Assembly: GCF_051097895.1 (NCBI RefSeq)
Contig: NZ_CP142525.1
Coordinates: 240,001-272,000 of the forward strand
Length of the DNA stretch: 32,000 bases
Reading direction: 5' to 3'
Origin: Psychrobacter sp. HD31
GTDB taxonomy: Bacteria > Pseudomonadota > Gammaproteobacteria > Pseudomonadales > Moraxellaceae
Shown: piece after piece, positions 17,905-29,300 of the stretch
Position numbering within the stretch: position 1 is the stretch's first letter
How the letters are laid out: each line of letters opens with the position of its first letter
Translations under genes and position numbers: made by a program
The notes under the pieces: generated by a model
Told to the model about the DNA's origin: nothing
Databases searched by the model: none
The model's input: only the letters and a program-made list of their open reading frames with translations

Positions 17905-19644
17905 ATGAGCGATAATAACGCTAAAACAACTGAAACTAATGAAGAAAAGCACGATTTTATCCGTGCCATTATTCGTGAAGACATCGCCGAGAATAAATAC
18001 CCACAGATTCACACTCGCTTTCCACCAGAGCCTAATGGTTTTTTGCACGTTGGGCATGCTAAGGCAATTTGCACCAGTTTTGGAATTGCTGAGGAGTTTG
18101 CTGGCGTTTGTAACTTACGCTTTGATGACACCAACCCAACTGCCGAAAAGCAAGACTATGTTGATAGCATCAAACAAGATGTCGCATGGTTAGGCTACCA
18201 ATGGGAGGGTGAGCCTCGTTATACCTCTAGCTATTTTGACCAACTACACGCTTGGGCAATACAGCTTATTGAGCAGGGCGATGCGTATGTAGATTTTCAG
18301 ACTTTAGAAGAAATCCGTGAGAACCGTGGGTCGTTTAAAGAAGTTGGCACACCATCACCACAACGTGATACCAGCGTAGCAGACAACCTTAAGCATTTTG
18401 AAGACATGACCGCTGGCAAATATAAAGAAGGCGAGGCGGTACTGCGTGCCAAGATTGACATGAGTCACCCCAATATGAATATGCGTGACCCTGTTATTTA
18501 TCGAGTGATGCATGAAGTACATCACCAAACAGGCGATAAATGGTGTGTCTATCCTATGTATGACTATGCTCATCCATTATCTGATGCCATCGAAAATATT
18601 TCGCATTCACTTTGTACGCTAGAGTTTGAAGACCACCGTCCGTTTTATGATTGGGCAATTGATAAAATCGGCTTTAGCCCTCGTCCGCATCAGTATGAGT
18701 TTAGCCGTTTGAACATTAACAATACCTTGACCAGTAAACGTAAGCTAAAAGTACTGGTTGATGAAAATATTGTCAGCGGTTGGGACGATCCACGTATGCC
18801 AACCATCGCTGGTATGCGTCGCCGTGGTTATACGCCAGAAGGTATTCGTGATTTCTGTGACCGTGTTGGGCTATCAAAGGCGGATGGGGTCGTTGACTTC
18901 CGTTTATTAGAATTTAGCATTCGTCAATCGCTCGAAAGTATTACCGCTCGTGGTATGGCAGTGCTTCGTCCACTTAAAGTCACCATTACTAACTTTGAAG
19001 AAGCAGTGGCACAGTGGGAATCGTTAAAAGCCGAATCTGTCAATGCTCGTTTTGATGACGCTAATAATACCCTATGGCTAACTCAACCAAAACATCCTAA
19101 TGTGGATATGGGCGAGCGTGAAATTCCGTTTACCAAAGAAATCTACATTGACCAAAGCGACTATGAGCTAGAACCACCAAAAGGTTACAAACGTCTATCG
19201 CCAGAAAAGTCTGAAATTCGCTTGCGTAATACCTATTGCCTAGCCGTAACTGAGCATGTTTTAGATGATGCCGGTGAGGTGGTCGAACTAAAAGCTACCA
19301 TAGACCCAACAACATTGGGCAATAATCCAGAAGGGCGTAAAGTAAAAGGCGTTATCCATTGGGTGTCGGCTTCTCAAGGTATAACTGCAACCGTGCGTTT
19401 GTATGAACAGCTGTTTAATGATGAAAATCCAGGCAGTGCAGACGATGTTCATGAAGTCTTGAATCCAAATTCACTAACAGTGTTAGAAGCAGTGGTTGAA
19501 CCATCGCTTGCGAATGTTGAGGCAGGTAGTCGATTCCAGTTCGAACGTGAAAGCTACTTTATTGCTGACAGTGTTGAACACACAATCGAAAAGCCTGTGT
19601 TTAACCAGATTGTAAGCTTAAGAGACAGTTTCAAACCTGCTTAA
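17905..19644 (+). CDS. glnS: glutamine--tRNA ligase
   Basis: TRFPPEPNGFLHVGHAKA (HIGH motif), LTSKRKL (KMSKS-type motif), 579 aa, RBS AGGAAG. Confidence 0.95.
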   Translation: MSDNNAKTTETNEEKHDFIRAIIREDIAENKYPQIHTRFPPEPNGFLHVGHAKAICTSFGIAEEFAGVCNLRFDDTNPTAEKQDYVDSIKQDVAWLGYQWEGEPRYTSSYFDQLHAWAIQLIEQGDAYVDFQTLEEIRENRGSFKEVGTPSPQRDTSVADNLKHFEDMTAGKYKEGEAVLRAKIDMSHPNMNMRDPVIYRVMHEVHHQTGDKWCVYPMYDYAHPLSDAIENISHSLCTLEFEDHRPFYDWAIDKIGFSPRPHQYEFSRLNINNTLTSKRKLKVLVDENIVSGWDDPRMPTIAGMRRRGYTPEGIRDFCDRVGLSKADGVVDFRLLEFSIRQSLESITARGMAVLRPLKVTITNFEEAVAQWESLKAESVNARFDDANNTLWLTQPKHPNVDMGEREIPFTKEIYIDQSDYELEPPKGYKRLSPEKSEIRLRNTYCLAVTEHVLDDAGEVVELKATIDPTTLGNNPEGRKVKGVIHWVSASQGITATVRLYEQLFNDENPGSADDVHEVLNPNSLTVLEAVVEPSLANVEAGSRFQFERESYFIADSVEHTIEKPVFNQIVSLRDSFKPA

Positions 19645-19692
19645 TCAAATTGATGTTTACAAGTTAGCACTTTTATTCTTGAATAAATTAAC

Positions 19693-19726
19693 AAAACCCA
19701 GTTCATGTTGAACTGGGTTTTTATTG
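19693..19726. terminator. bidirectional rho-independent terminator between glnS and the aminotransferase gene
   Basis: aaaacccagttca / tgaactgggtttt is a perfect 13-bp stem flanked by A- and T-runs. Confidence 0.8.
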
Positions 19727-19783
19727 TTTGCTAATAAATAGCTTGGGTCTGAGTCATGTTATGAACAGATTATTACTACATCA

Positions 19784-21340
19784 CTAAGAGTCGGTACCAA
19801 ACTCTTTACGTTTACGAGCAAAGAATCGCTCTAATCTGTCCATGGCATCTTCTAACTCAAGTAAGTTTGGTAAGAACACAACCCTAAAGTGGTCAGGCTT
19901 ATCCCAGTTAAAACCTGTACCTTGGACAATGAGTACTTTTTCTTCTATCAATAAGTCCATCATAAACTCAGAGTCATTGGTAATGGGGTAAACATCTAAA
20001 TCAATTTTAGGGAAACAATAAAACGCCCCTTGTGGCATGGTACAACTAATGCCTTTAATTGCGTTAAGGCGGCTGACAGCGATTTCTCTTTGTTTGTATA
20101 AACGACCACCCTCATGGGTTAATTCCTTCATACTTTGGTAACCACCCAATGCGGTTTGGATGGTATGCTGAGCGGGTACATTGGCGCATAAACGCATCGA
20201 TGCTAAAATGGTTAAGCCTTCAATAAAGTCGGCTGCATGGTCTTTTTTGCCAGATAGCATCATCCAACCAGCACGGAATCCAGCAATACGGTGTGACTTA
20301 GACAAACCATTATAAGTGAGTACCAATACATCATCTGTTAGGGTACACATTGGTGTATGTACGGTATCATCATAAAGTACACGGTCATATATTTCATCCG
20401 CCATCAGTACTAAGTTGTGCTCTTTTGCCAGTTTAACAATTTGTAGCAGTATTTCTTTTGAGTATAAGGCACCCGTTGGGTTATTTGGGTTAATAACCAC
20501 AATACCTTTAGTTTTGTCGGTAATTTTTGCTTTGATGTCCTCAATATCTGGTTGCCAGTTATCCTCTTCATTACAGCGGTAGTGTACTGCCGTACCGCCT
20601 GCAAGATTGGTTGCTGCCGTCCAAAGTGGGTAGTCGGGCATTGGGATGAGTACTTCATCGCCATCATTGAGCATGGCTTGCATGGTCATGACGATTAGTT
20701 CGGACACGCCATTACCAAGATAAACATCACGGACATTAACGGCAGAACGTAACCCTTTAGACTGATAATACTGAAGCACTGCCTTGCGTGCTGAAAAAAT
20801 GCCTTGTGAATCAGAATACCCAGTTGCGTGGTGCAAGTTTAATGCAACATCTTGCAAAATTTCTTGTGGAGCATTTAAGCGGAATGGGGCAGGGTTGCCA
20901 ACATTGAGCTTAATGATACGATGCCCCTCAGCTTCCATTTTGGTGGCAGTTTTAAGTAAAGGACCACGGATGTCATAGCAAACATTTTGTAGTTTTTCAG
21001 ATTTATTAAGTGGTTTAACAGTGGGCATAGTTTTCGCCTCATTTGTAAGTATGTTGTGTGTGTGGTGATTGATTTTGTTGTCAGTTGTTTGATAACCATG
21101 GAGTAGATAATCAACGCTGCAATCTAAAATTTTTGCAAGGGTGGGTAATTTAGATGCCACAATACCATTGGTGCCTCGCTCCCAATTAGAAATTGCACCA
21201 CGGCTTACTTTAGCCCCTGCTTGTGTCATTTTTGTTGCAAGTTGCTCGGCTGTTAGCCCTTTTGCTTTACGTAGCTCAATTAGACGCTTTGCTTGTGCTA
21301 ATCGGTTGCTATCTTTAGAATTATTCATGCGTTTTCTCAT
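19784..21340 (-). CDS. alaA: XRE-type HTH domain fused in frame to an AlaA-type class-I aminotransferase (518 aa)
   Basis: Residues about 14-80 read LTAEQLATKM...VSRGAISNWERG (HTH_3-like). From about residue 113, SEKLQNVCYDIRGP...NVGNPAPF...NPNNPTG...GLSKSHRIAGFRAGW...RLCANVPAQH is collinear with E. coli AlaA as I remember it. Confidence 0.85.
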   Translation of the reverse strand: MRKRMNNSKDSNRLAQAKRLIELRKAKGLTAEQLATKMTQAGAKVSRGAISNWERGTNGIVASKLPTLAKILDCSVDYLLHGYQTTDNKINHHTHNILTNEAKTMPTVKPLNKSEKLQNVCYDIRGPLLKTATKMEAEGHRIIKLNVGNPAPFRLNAPQEILQDVALNLHHATGYSDSQGIFSARKAVLQYYQSKGLRSAVNVRDVYLGNGVSELIVMTMQAMLNDGDEVLIPMPDYPLWTAATNLAGGTAVHYRCNEEDNWQPDIEDIKAKITDKTKGIVVINPNNPTGALYSKEILLQIVKLAKEHNLVLMADEIYDRVLYDDTVHTPMCTLTDDVLVLTYNGLSKSHRIAGFRAGWMMLSGKKDHAADFIEGLTILASMRLCANVPAQHTIQTALGGYQSMKELTHEGGRLYKQREIAVSRLNAIKGISCTMPQGAFYCFPKIDLDVYPITNDSEFMMDLLIEEKVLIVQGTGFNWDKPDHFRVVFLPNLLELEDAMDRLERFFARKRKEFGTDS

Positions 21341-21938
21341 AAAAACAATATATGCAAGATTTTATTGCATTAAAGCCATTAACTCAATATTTTTTACAAA
21401 AAATTGCAAGAAAAACTTACATTTTTTAGTTAGGGTAGTTGTATCATGATTTGTTGACTCGGTATGTATTTTGATTTGCTTGCTGTGAGTAAAGCCAAGA
21501 AGTAGATTTGGATATTAAAATAAAGACAAATTGTGAAATATAAAATGGCGGATTTTTGCTAGATTAATTATGGCATGAGTTTGAAAATAGTGTAAAAAAG
21601 ACATATAAACGGCAATAATGAAAATCTATTGTTTTACTGCCAGTTTAATAACATGGTAAATAAACATAAAATAGCCAACAAATAAAAAGGCACTCGAAAG
21701 TGCCTTATTTGCAGTCGTTACCTGATAGTTTTAATTATTATTATCTTTTTTTATTATTACGACCTGAGTTTTATAATCCTTGTAAAAGCTTATAAAACTA
21801 AGATCCTCTGTAGCTATGATAACGCCATCTCATACGTTATCTTGGCTACATGGGCTACTATAATAAAGTAAAATTACAGAGTGATGACAATGGATGAATA
21901 TTTATCTTATAAATTTTATAAAAAAGTTAAAAAAATAA

Positions 21939-21966
21939 TTGACACAAATAATAAAATCTATATAAT
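21939..21966 (+). promoter_or_regulatory. sigma70-type promoter for the tRNA-Val/tRNA-Asp operon
   Basis: TTGACA (21939-21944), a 16-nt spacer, then TATAAT (21961-21966). An A/T-rich UP-like tract lies upstream and a GC-containing discriminator (acgctgc) follows. The tRNA starts about 50 nt downstream. Confidence 0.55.
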
Positions 21967-22017
21967 ACGCTGCACACAACGAGATAAGGCATTATTAATT
22001 AAGTGCTGTTTTGTTGA

Positions 22018-22093
22018 GGGTGATTAGCTCAGTTGGTAGAGCGTCTGCCTTACACGCAGAATGTCGGCGGTTCGAATCCGTCATCACCCACCA
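22018..22093 (+). tRNA. tRNA-Val(TAC): tRNA-Val (anticodon TAC)
   Basis: Folded by hand into a cloverleaf: acceptor GGGTGAT/ATCACCC, D arm GCTC..GAGC, anticodon stem TCTGC/GCAGA with loop CTTACAC, T arm GGCGG TTCGAAT CCGTC, encoded CCA. Confidence 0.95.
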
Positions 22094-22122
22094 AATTAAA
22101 GTATGTAAATACTACCAGACAC

Positions 22123-22199
22123 GCAGCGGTAGTTCAGTTGGTTAGAATACCGGCCTGTCACGCCGGGGGTCGCGGGTTCGAGTCCCGTCCGCTGCGCCA
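22123..22199 (+). tRNA. tRNA-Asp(GTC): tRNA-Asp (anticodon GTC)
   Basis: Acceptor GCAGCGG/CCGCTGC, anticodon stem CCGGC/GCCGG with loop CTGTCAC, T arm GCGGG TTCGAGT CCCGT, encoded CCA. Near-identical to E. coli tRNA-Asp. Confidence 0.95.
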
Positions 22200-22240
22200 T
22201 TATTTATGGCAACATAAGTACAACTTATTATACAAGTTTC

Positions 22241-22274
22241 ACCTCACATCCCCCCTGATGTGAGGTTTTTTTTG
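22241..22274 (+). terminator. rho-independent terminator of the tRNA operon
   Basis: acctcacatc (22241-22250), a 6-nt loop, gatgtgaggt (22257-22266), then a T8 run. Confidence 0.8.
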
Positions 22275-23069
22275 TTTAGATATATATGTTAATTTCTCGA
22301 AAATAAAAAAGAACGCTATAAACGTTCTTTTTTAGTATCAGCTAACAAGTCAATAGACAGCTAAAATATATTGTTATTTTAGTTGATTGACTTGCTCGAC
22401 GGTGCCAACCTTGGCAGTGCTTGATAAGCGTGCTGGATTACCATGGTTTTCTATTGGCTTTTTATCACTGGTATAATAGGGGGTTTTAGGTGCGATAAAG
22501 GCAACTGGCTTCTTATGATTGGGTACAGTGAGTGTCACCGGCGTATCGATTGTTACCCCACCACCTAACACTTGGTACAATTGAACTTGGCTCATTGCCT
22601 TCGCTTTTTCAAGATTTAAAATACTCTGTTGGCTACTAAACTCTGAGCGTTGTGCATCTAAAACTGATAAATAACTGTCTAAACCTGCTTTATAACGAGC
22701 ATCCGCAATGGTATACATCTGTTGAAAGTTATCTTGCAATCTATACTGTGTTTCTAAACGTTCTTCTAATGTTGCACGTGCTGCCAAAACATCTGCAACT
22801 TCTTTAAAAGCGGCTTGAATACTTTTTTCATAGCCTGTTAAGGCTTGTTTGCGTGCAATTTGTGCAACTTGATAATTTGCATCTAGCTGACCTGCATCAA
22901 ACAAAGGAACACTGATAGATGGCCCAAAAGACCAACCAAATGCAGATGTTTTAAATAGCTGTTTTAGGTTGGTGCTAGAATAGCCCATACGCCCAGTTAA
23001 GCTGATTGAAGGAAAATAATTTGCACGGGCTACGGCGATATTTGCCCCAGCGGCTTTTAGTTTGTATTC
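22258..23069. repeat. left copy of the direct repeat: 3' half of the tRNA terminator, a 24-nt copy-specific patch, the OMF terminator, and the last 696 nt of the OMF gene
   Basis: 22299-23069 aligns base for base with 29958-30728 at offset 7659, with mismatches only at 22316 and 22570. 22258-22274 (atgtgaggttttttttg) equals 29914-29930. Confidence 0.95.
22374..23069 (-). pseudogene. 5'-truncated duplicate of the efflux outer-membrane-factor gene (C-terminal 231 codons)
   Basis: The frame is open from the repeat edge at 23069 to the stop at 22374. The product is identical to the C-terminus of the 550-aa OMF except for one residue (V versus A). No start or promoter context exists upstream of 23069. 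Confidence 0.9.
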
Positions 23070-23130
23070 GTTGAAATTAGAAATACTATATTATGCTTAG
23101 TTTGTATAAGGTATTGGATGGGATACTTAT

Positions 23131-24411
23131 CTATTGCGCCATACAAGCATGAACACGTAAAAAATCTGCCGAATTACCTAGCAAACTTCCTTTTTTCTGT
23201 TCAATTAAAATTTGATCAGAAAGCTCACGAAATGCACCAAATCCCCCCTTAGTATCTAGTATTACATCTGCCTTTTCTTTAATGTAACTTGGAGAATCAG
23301 CAACTGCAACAGAAATACCACAATTATCAAATGCAGGTAAGTCTATGCTATCATCACCAATATAAACAGTATTTGCTTTAATAGTATTTGCTTTTGCTAT
23401 TATTTCTTTACAAGCGGTTTCTTTATCTTTAATACCAAGAGCAAAAATTTCAATTCCTAAGTCTGCAATACGTTTTCTGAGCGGCTTAGAGTCTCTACCC
23501 GACAATACAGCAACTTTAATACCAGACTCCTGTAGTAATTTAATTCCTAGACCATCACGAACATGAAAACGTTTTAAGGCTTCACCATTTTCGTCATAAT
23601 AAAGTCCCCCATCAGTTAGTACACCATCAATATCAGTGATAACCAAATCAACGTCAGCAAATGTAATAATTTTACTTTGTTGTTGTTCCTTGCCTTCTAT
23701 GATAGAAATAACTTTTTCTAAATCTTCTGGGGTGTCAACACCTGGTCCTGTTTTTGCAACATCAAAAACATAAATAGAAACATCACTATTTAATAGTCTA
23801 AGTTGTTCTAATTTTTCAATATCTTCGATTCTAGAGCTATGCAAAGATTGATATTCTGCTAAGATAGATTTACGATAAGCATACACGCCGACATGTTGTT
23901 TATACTTAACTGATATGGATTCATCACGTGGATAAGGGATAGGAGAACGGCTGAAATAACAAGCACGGTTAGAGCTTGACGTGACTACCTTTACTGTATT
24001 AGGGTTTTTTGCTTCCGTAGCTGAAATATGATGACACATTGTACTAACGCCAATGCTAGGATTTTCTGACATCTTTCTGATTAACATATTAAGATCAGAT
24101 GGTCTTACTAAAGGCTCATCTCCTTGTAAATTAATATATAAGTCAGCATCAACTTTCGTCATTACTTCAACTAGTCTATCGGTTCCAGAAGTGTGGGCTG
24201 TGTCTGTCATGACGACAGTACCACCAAAGTTCTGTACAGCATTAAAAACTCTTTTATCATCAGTTGCGACCACTACTTGGGCATTAGGAACCTGCAAAGC
24301 CTTTTCATAAACATGCTGAATCATAGGTTTGCCTAAAATATCTGCTAATGGCTTACCTGGAAAGCGAGAGGACGCAAAGCGTGCTGGAATGATAATTGCA
24401 ACAGAATTCAT
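23131..24411 (-). CDS. kdsB: bifunctional CMP-Kdo synthetase (KdsB/KpsU) fused to Kdo-8-phosphate phosphatase (KdsC)
   Basis: The N-terminal half reads IIPARFASSRFPGKPLADILGKPMIQHV...NLQGDEPL (KdsB motifs). The C-terminal roughly 175 aa reads VITDIDGVLTDGGLYY...VAVLSGRDS...IGDDSIDLP (HAD-IIIA, KdsC-like). Confidence 0.85.
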   Translation of the reverse strand: MNSVAIIIPARFASSRFPGKPLADILGKPMIQHVYEKALQVPNAQVVVATDDKRVFNAVQNFGGTVVMTDTAHTSGTDRLVEVMTKVDADLYINLQGDEPLVRPSDLNMLIRKMSENPSIGVSTMCHHISATEAKNPNTVKVVTSSSNRACYFSRSPIPYPRDESISVKYKQHVGVYAYRKSILAEYQSLHSSRIEDIEKLEQLRLLNSDVSIYVFDVAKTGPGVDTPEDLEKVISIIEGKEQQQSKIITFADVDLVITDIDGVLTDGGLYYDENGEALKRFHVRDGLGIKLLQESGIKVAVLSGRDSKPLRKRIADLGIEIFALGIKDKETACKEIIAKANTIKANTVYIGDDSIDLPAFDNCGISVAVADSPSYIKEKADVILDTKGGFGAFRELSDQILIEQKKGSLLGNSADFLRVHACMAQ

Positions 24412-24427
24412 ATAGAAACCTTTTTAA

Positions 24428-25282
<855 letters not shown>

Positions 25283-25295
25283 TTATAAAATTTTA

Positions 25296-26264
25296 TTAGC
25301 TAATGCCTGCTTGCATCAAATCTCTTAATGCCATAACCCCAACAAGATTTCCTTCATCATCCATAACCAATAATTGATTGACTTTTTTCTCTCGCATAAC
25401 ATTGAGTGCCTCTACAGCCATCGTATTTTCTGTAGTAGACATGGGTTGAGTCTTCATAACGCTTGAAATTGGTGCTTCCATATCATGTCTTGATGAAATT
25501 AACCGACGTACATCACCATCAGTTAATACGCCATAAGTACCTGAGTCAAAAACAACCGTCATACCTAAACGTTTTGCCGTAATCTCAAATAAAGAGTCCA
25601 AAATACTCGTTGTTCCGTCAACTAAAGGAACATCATCCGATGTTTTCATTAAATCGGCAACAGTCGTAAGTAACTTTTTACCTAATGAGCCTGCTGGATG
25701 AGATAATGCAAAGTCTTCCGACTTAAAGCCTCTTGCCTCAAGTAATGCAACAGCCAATGTATCACCAAGTACCATAGTAGCTGTAGTACTTGAGGTGGGT
25801 GCCAACCCCATTGGACAAGCCTCTTCAAACGCGCCTAAGGTTAAGGCAATATCAGCCTCTTTAGATAAGCGCCCTAATAAATTTTTAGTAATACTGATTA
25901 ATGGAATATCCAGTTTTTTAATAACGGGCAATAATAAGTTAATTTCATCACTATTACCCGAATTAGAAATAGCTAATACAACATCGCCTTGCACAATCAT
26001 GCCTAAATCACCGTGTCCTGCTTCTGCTGGGTGTACAAAAAAGGCTGGTGTTCCCGTTGATGCCATCGTTGCTGCAATTTTTCTGCCTACCAATCCTGAC
26101 TTGCCCATACCAGTAACAATTAATCGACCTTTACAATTTAAAATAGTATCGCATGCAAAGATAAATCTTTCATCTAACTCCATTTGCATTAGAGTTAATG
26201 CTTTTTTTTCAATTTTAATTGTACGAAGGGCACTTTCTAAGTAACTACTTTTCTTAATATTCAT
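25296..26264 (-). CDS. kpsF: arabinose-5-phosphate isomerase (KpsF/GutQ/KdsD family)
   Basis: SIS domain (TGMGKSGLVGRKIAATMASTGTPAFFVHPAEAGHGDLG) followed by two CBS repeats. 322 aa. Confidence 0.9.
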   Translation of the reverse strand: MNIKKSSYLESALRTIKIEKKALTLMQMELDERFIFACDTILNCKGRLIVTGMGKSGLVGRKIAATMASTGTPAFFVHPAEAGHGDLGMIVQGDVVLAISNSGNSDEINLLLPVIKKLDIPLISITKNLLGRLSKEADIALTLGAFEEACPMGLAPTSSTTATMVLGDTLAVALLEARGFKSEDFALSHPAGSLGKKLLTTVADLMKTSDDVPLVDGTTSILDSLFEITAKRLGMTVVFDSGTYGVLTDGDVRRLISSRHDMEAPISSVMKTQPMSTTENTMAVEALNVMREKKVNQLLVMDDEGNLVGVMALRDLMQAGIS

Positions 26265-26332
26265 TACACGACTTCTACTTATGCTAATAAATAACTTTTA
26301 ATAGGATTTGATTTTTATATACAACTTTTATA

Positions 26333-29300
26333 CTAAGTTTCCATAAAAATATTATTTGTACTAAAATGCTTCTCATCTACCTTGATAAACATATGACTTA
26401 CAAATTCCTGCATTGATGTGTCGATATCTGATTGCACATATAAAATATTTTCTTTTAAGAAGACAGCTTTATTTATCTCTAGCATTTTGTAGTTAGGTCC
26501 TTCTATGATTAAATCTTCAAGATAATTTTCTATTTGATTTAGATCATCGCAAAATAATGATAAGTTTTTTAATTGTTTCTTATCTTCGTCTGTTGGTATA
26601 AGACATACGGTACTTGTTGAGTCTAAAACACTAGATTGATATAGTTGGTTTGTACACATTCCCAGGATGATAGTAGAACTAAATAAAAATTTCTCATCCG
26701 ACTTTTTACTACCAACAAACTTTACATCAATGGTTTGATCAAAACATTGTTTAAGACGGTTTATGAAGTCATGCTTGAACTTGTAATCTATATTTATAAC
26801 AACTGACCCTCCTAATTCTTTAATTACCTTGTTAATGCTTTTGGCGATAGTCAGCACAATAGTCCGCGATAACCCATGAGTTAGTAACATGACTGTTTTT
26901 TTCTTCATATCACTGACTTTATTAGTATGATGTGAAATCATATTATTAGTAGGGGAGATACCTGTAGTCATTTGCTTAAGTCCAGTTAACCTGTATCGTG
27001 ATTTTTCGTTATTATCAATCCAAGCAATAGAAGGTGGTAGCTCAATGCTTAATAAATTTGACAGATTATTTTCTTTAGAAGACTGAATAATTGATGAGTT
27101 ATTACCTGTATCGTGACTAACTTTATATAGTAGTTGAGCAGTAGTTGATTCATGATCTATAAAAACAACTTTTTTGTTGTTTTGTAATAAATGTTTAAAA
27201 CTTGCTAATGTAAAAAAAATATGAAATATATCTTTGCTATATTTGATAATGTTTTTTTCAAGTATTTGAATCAGTGCTTTTGGAAGCTTTTTATTCAAAT
27301 CTGACAAAAGTATTGTTGAAAAATATTTAATGAATTGAGGACGGTACGCATAGTAGGAGGAATATGAATACTTTGAATCATTGATTTGTTGATTTAAAAT
27401 ATCACAATTATCAGGTAATTCAGATTTTAGTAGATCATACTCATTTTTTTGATCGTTAATTACCTCTTCATTTAAAAGTAATGTAGCATTTGTACTGAAC
27501 AATGGACTTTGACTAAGTAGTCTTTTAACTAACGTGATTGATGCATCATCTGGCGATAAGCAAACAACAATGCCTTCTTGATTGTAAGAGGGTTGGGTTG
27601 GTTGGTTCAAGGTTATATCGTACCAGAATTTAGCAAATAAACGTTTTTCTTCTGGTATATCAAATGGCTGAGTTAAATCTGTTTTTAATTTTGGTTTTAT
27701 GCCTTTTCGGGCAACATCTCTGCTCAGCTTCTGATTTTTTAGTGCAATATTAATTTTACCTTCAAAATCTAAAACGTTGGCATGATGACATAAACAGTAA
27801 AATAAGTCTTGTATAGAAGAGAGGTCATCGGCATAGATAAAAATTGTATCGTATTCTTCTATGATGCTTTTAGCCGTATTATAAATTTGATATAAGAATA
27901 ATATCTCTTGTTCTATACCTTTAGCTATTATTCTAAGGTAAGTGTCGGGAATCAATTGTTCAGACACATATGACTTTAAAGTGTGTAGTATGGTGTTTGA
28001 AATGGTCTGTAGGTCTGGTGTTGTCTTATTTAACTGACTAAACCAATCTAATGCTGAATTATCTTCAAATGAATAAAGATTGATTGAATTAAGATACTCA
28101 AATGGGACAACAACCTCATTTGATACAGGCGTTATTGTGTCGTGATAAAAAATATCTACTTTTTTTGTATTGTGATTAGTAAGATCACAAGCAAACTCCA
28201 TGGCGTCACTACTATCAGAAATAACAGCTAGTTTTTTGCTACTTGATTTTTTATGATACAGTAAGTCTAACGGGTGAGTGGTAGCTAAATTATAAATTTT
28301 TCGGGTTTGTTGGCTATCAAATAACTCAAGGTTTTGGTTTTGCCTAATAATGCCATCTAAGTAAACTAATGAATCATTTAGATTCGATTTTCTCTTGGTG
28401 TCATTAATACGGTATCTTGGATATAAAATATAAGCTGCAGCAAAAACCTCTAATAAACTTAATTCCCTTTGCCTTCTATCTACATGTTGTCTATCATCTG
28501 TTAATCCCCAACCAGAATAAAAAGGAGCACCCAGAGTTGTAACTGGCACACCATTTATTAATGATTCAAAGCCACCTAAAGAAGTGATTGTATAGACCCT
28601 ATCTACACCGGTTAATGCATCAAACATAGACATATTAGTATGATAAACTTCAACATCTATATCTGTATTTAAAGAATCAGAAATTTCTTTTCTTTTGCCT
28701 TTAAGTACATCGGGGTGTGGTTTGAAGATAACTTGTGCGTTAGGGTTTTCACGAATTGCGATTTTAATTAGCTCTAAATTGGTAATAATTTCTTGGCAAC
28801 CAAATAAAACAGACTGATCGTCTTCTACTTGCCCTAGAACTAAGATTCTTTTTCTAGTTTTTTTACCATATAAACTTTCTGCAATATTATTTTGTGTATG
28901 GTTGTACTTATTAATTTTATTTTTCTTAATAAAGTTAATTGCTTCTTCTGCTTGTTTCATAAGCTCATAATCGGCATCAAAACTATAATGATTTAATATG
29001 TTTTCTAAATCAGATGGAAGAGAAGAGTCGTAGTAAAATCCAGTTTTATCAAGGCATAAAGATACAGGTGCAACTTTATCTGCCCCTAACCCAACAGAAC
29101 GAATAAAACCATCTTCTATATGGTAGATATTGATATTGTTTTCTATAGCGTAAGCAGAAATATTTTGGGGGACTTTTCTGCCCCACATGATAAAACAAAC
29201 TTTGGGCAAAAAGTTAATGACTTTATTATATCGATTTAAATCAGCATTTAGTGACAGGTAGATTAACCTATATTCGGGTAAAAACTGTCTTACATATTCT

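Noticed and set aside
22033-22263. 76-aa plus-strand ORF
   Set aside because: It is entirely accounted for by translating through tRNA-Val, tRNA-Asp and their terminator.
23073-23100. Short similarity between the two cargo ends (gaaattag..aatactat..attatgcttag at 23073-23100 versus gaaattaaag..aatactat..attatgattaag at 29828-29887) as possible att-like or target-duplication sequences
   Set aside because: The matches are interrupted, AT-rich and short. I cannot assess their significance by eye, and no recombinase gene is present to use them.
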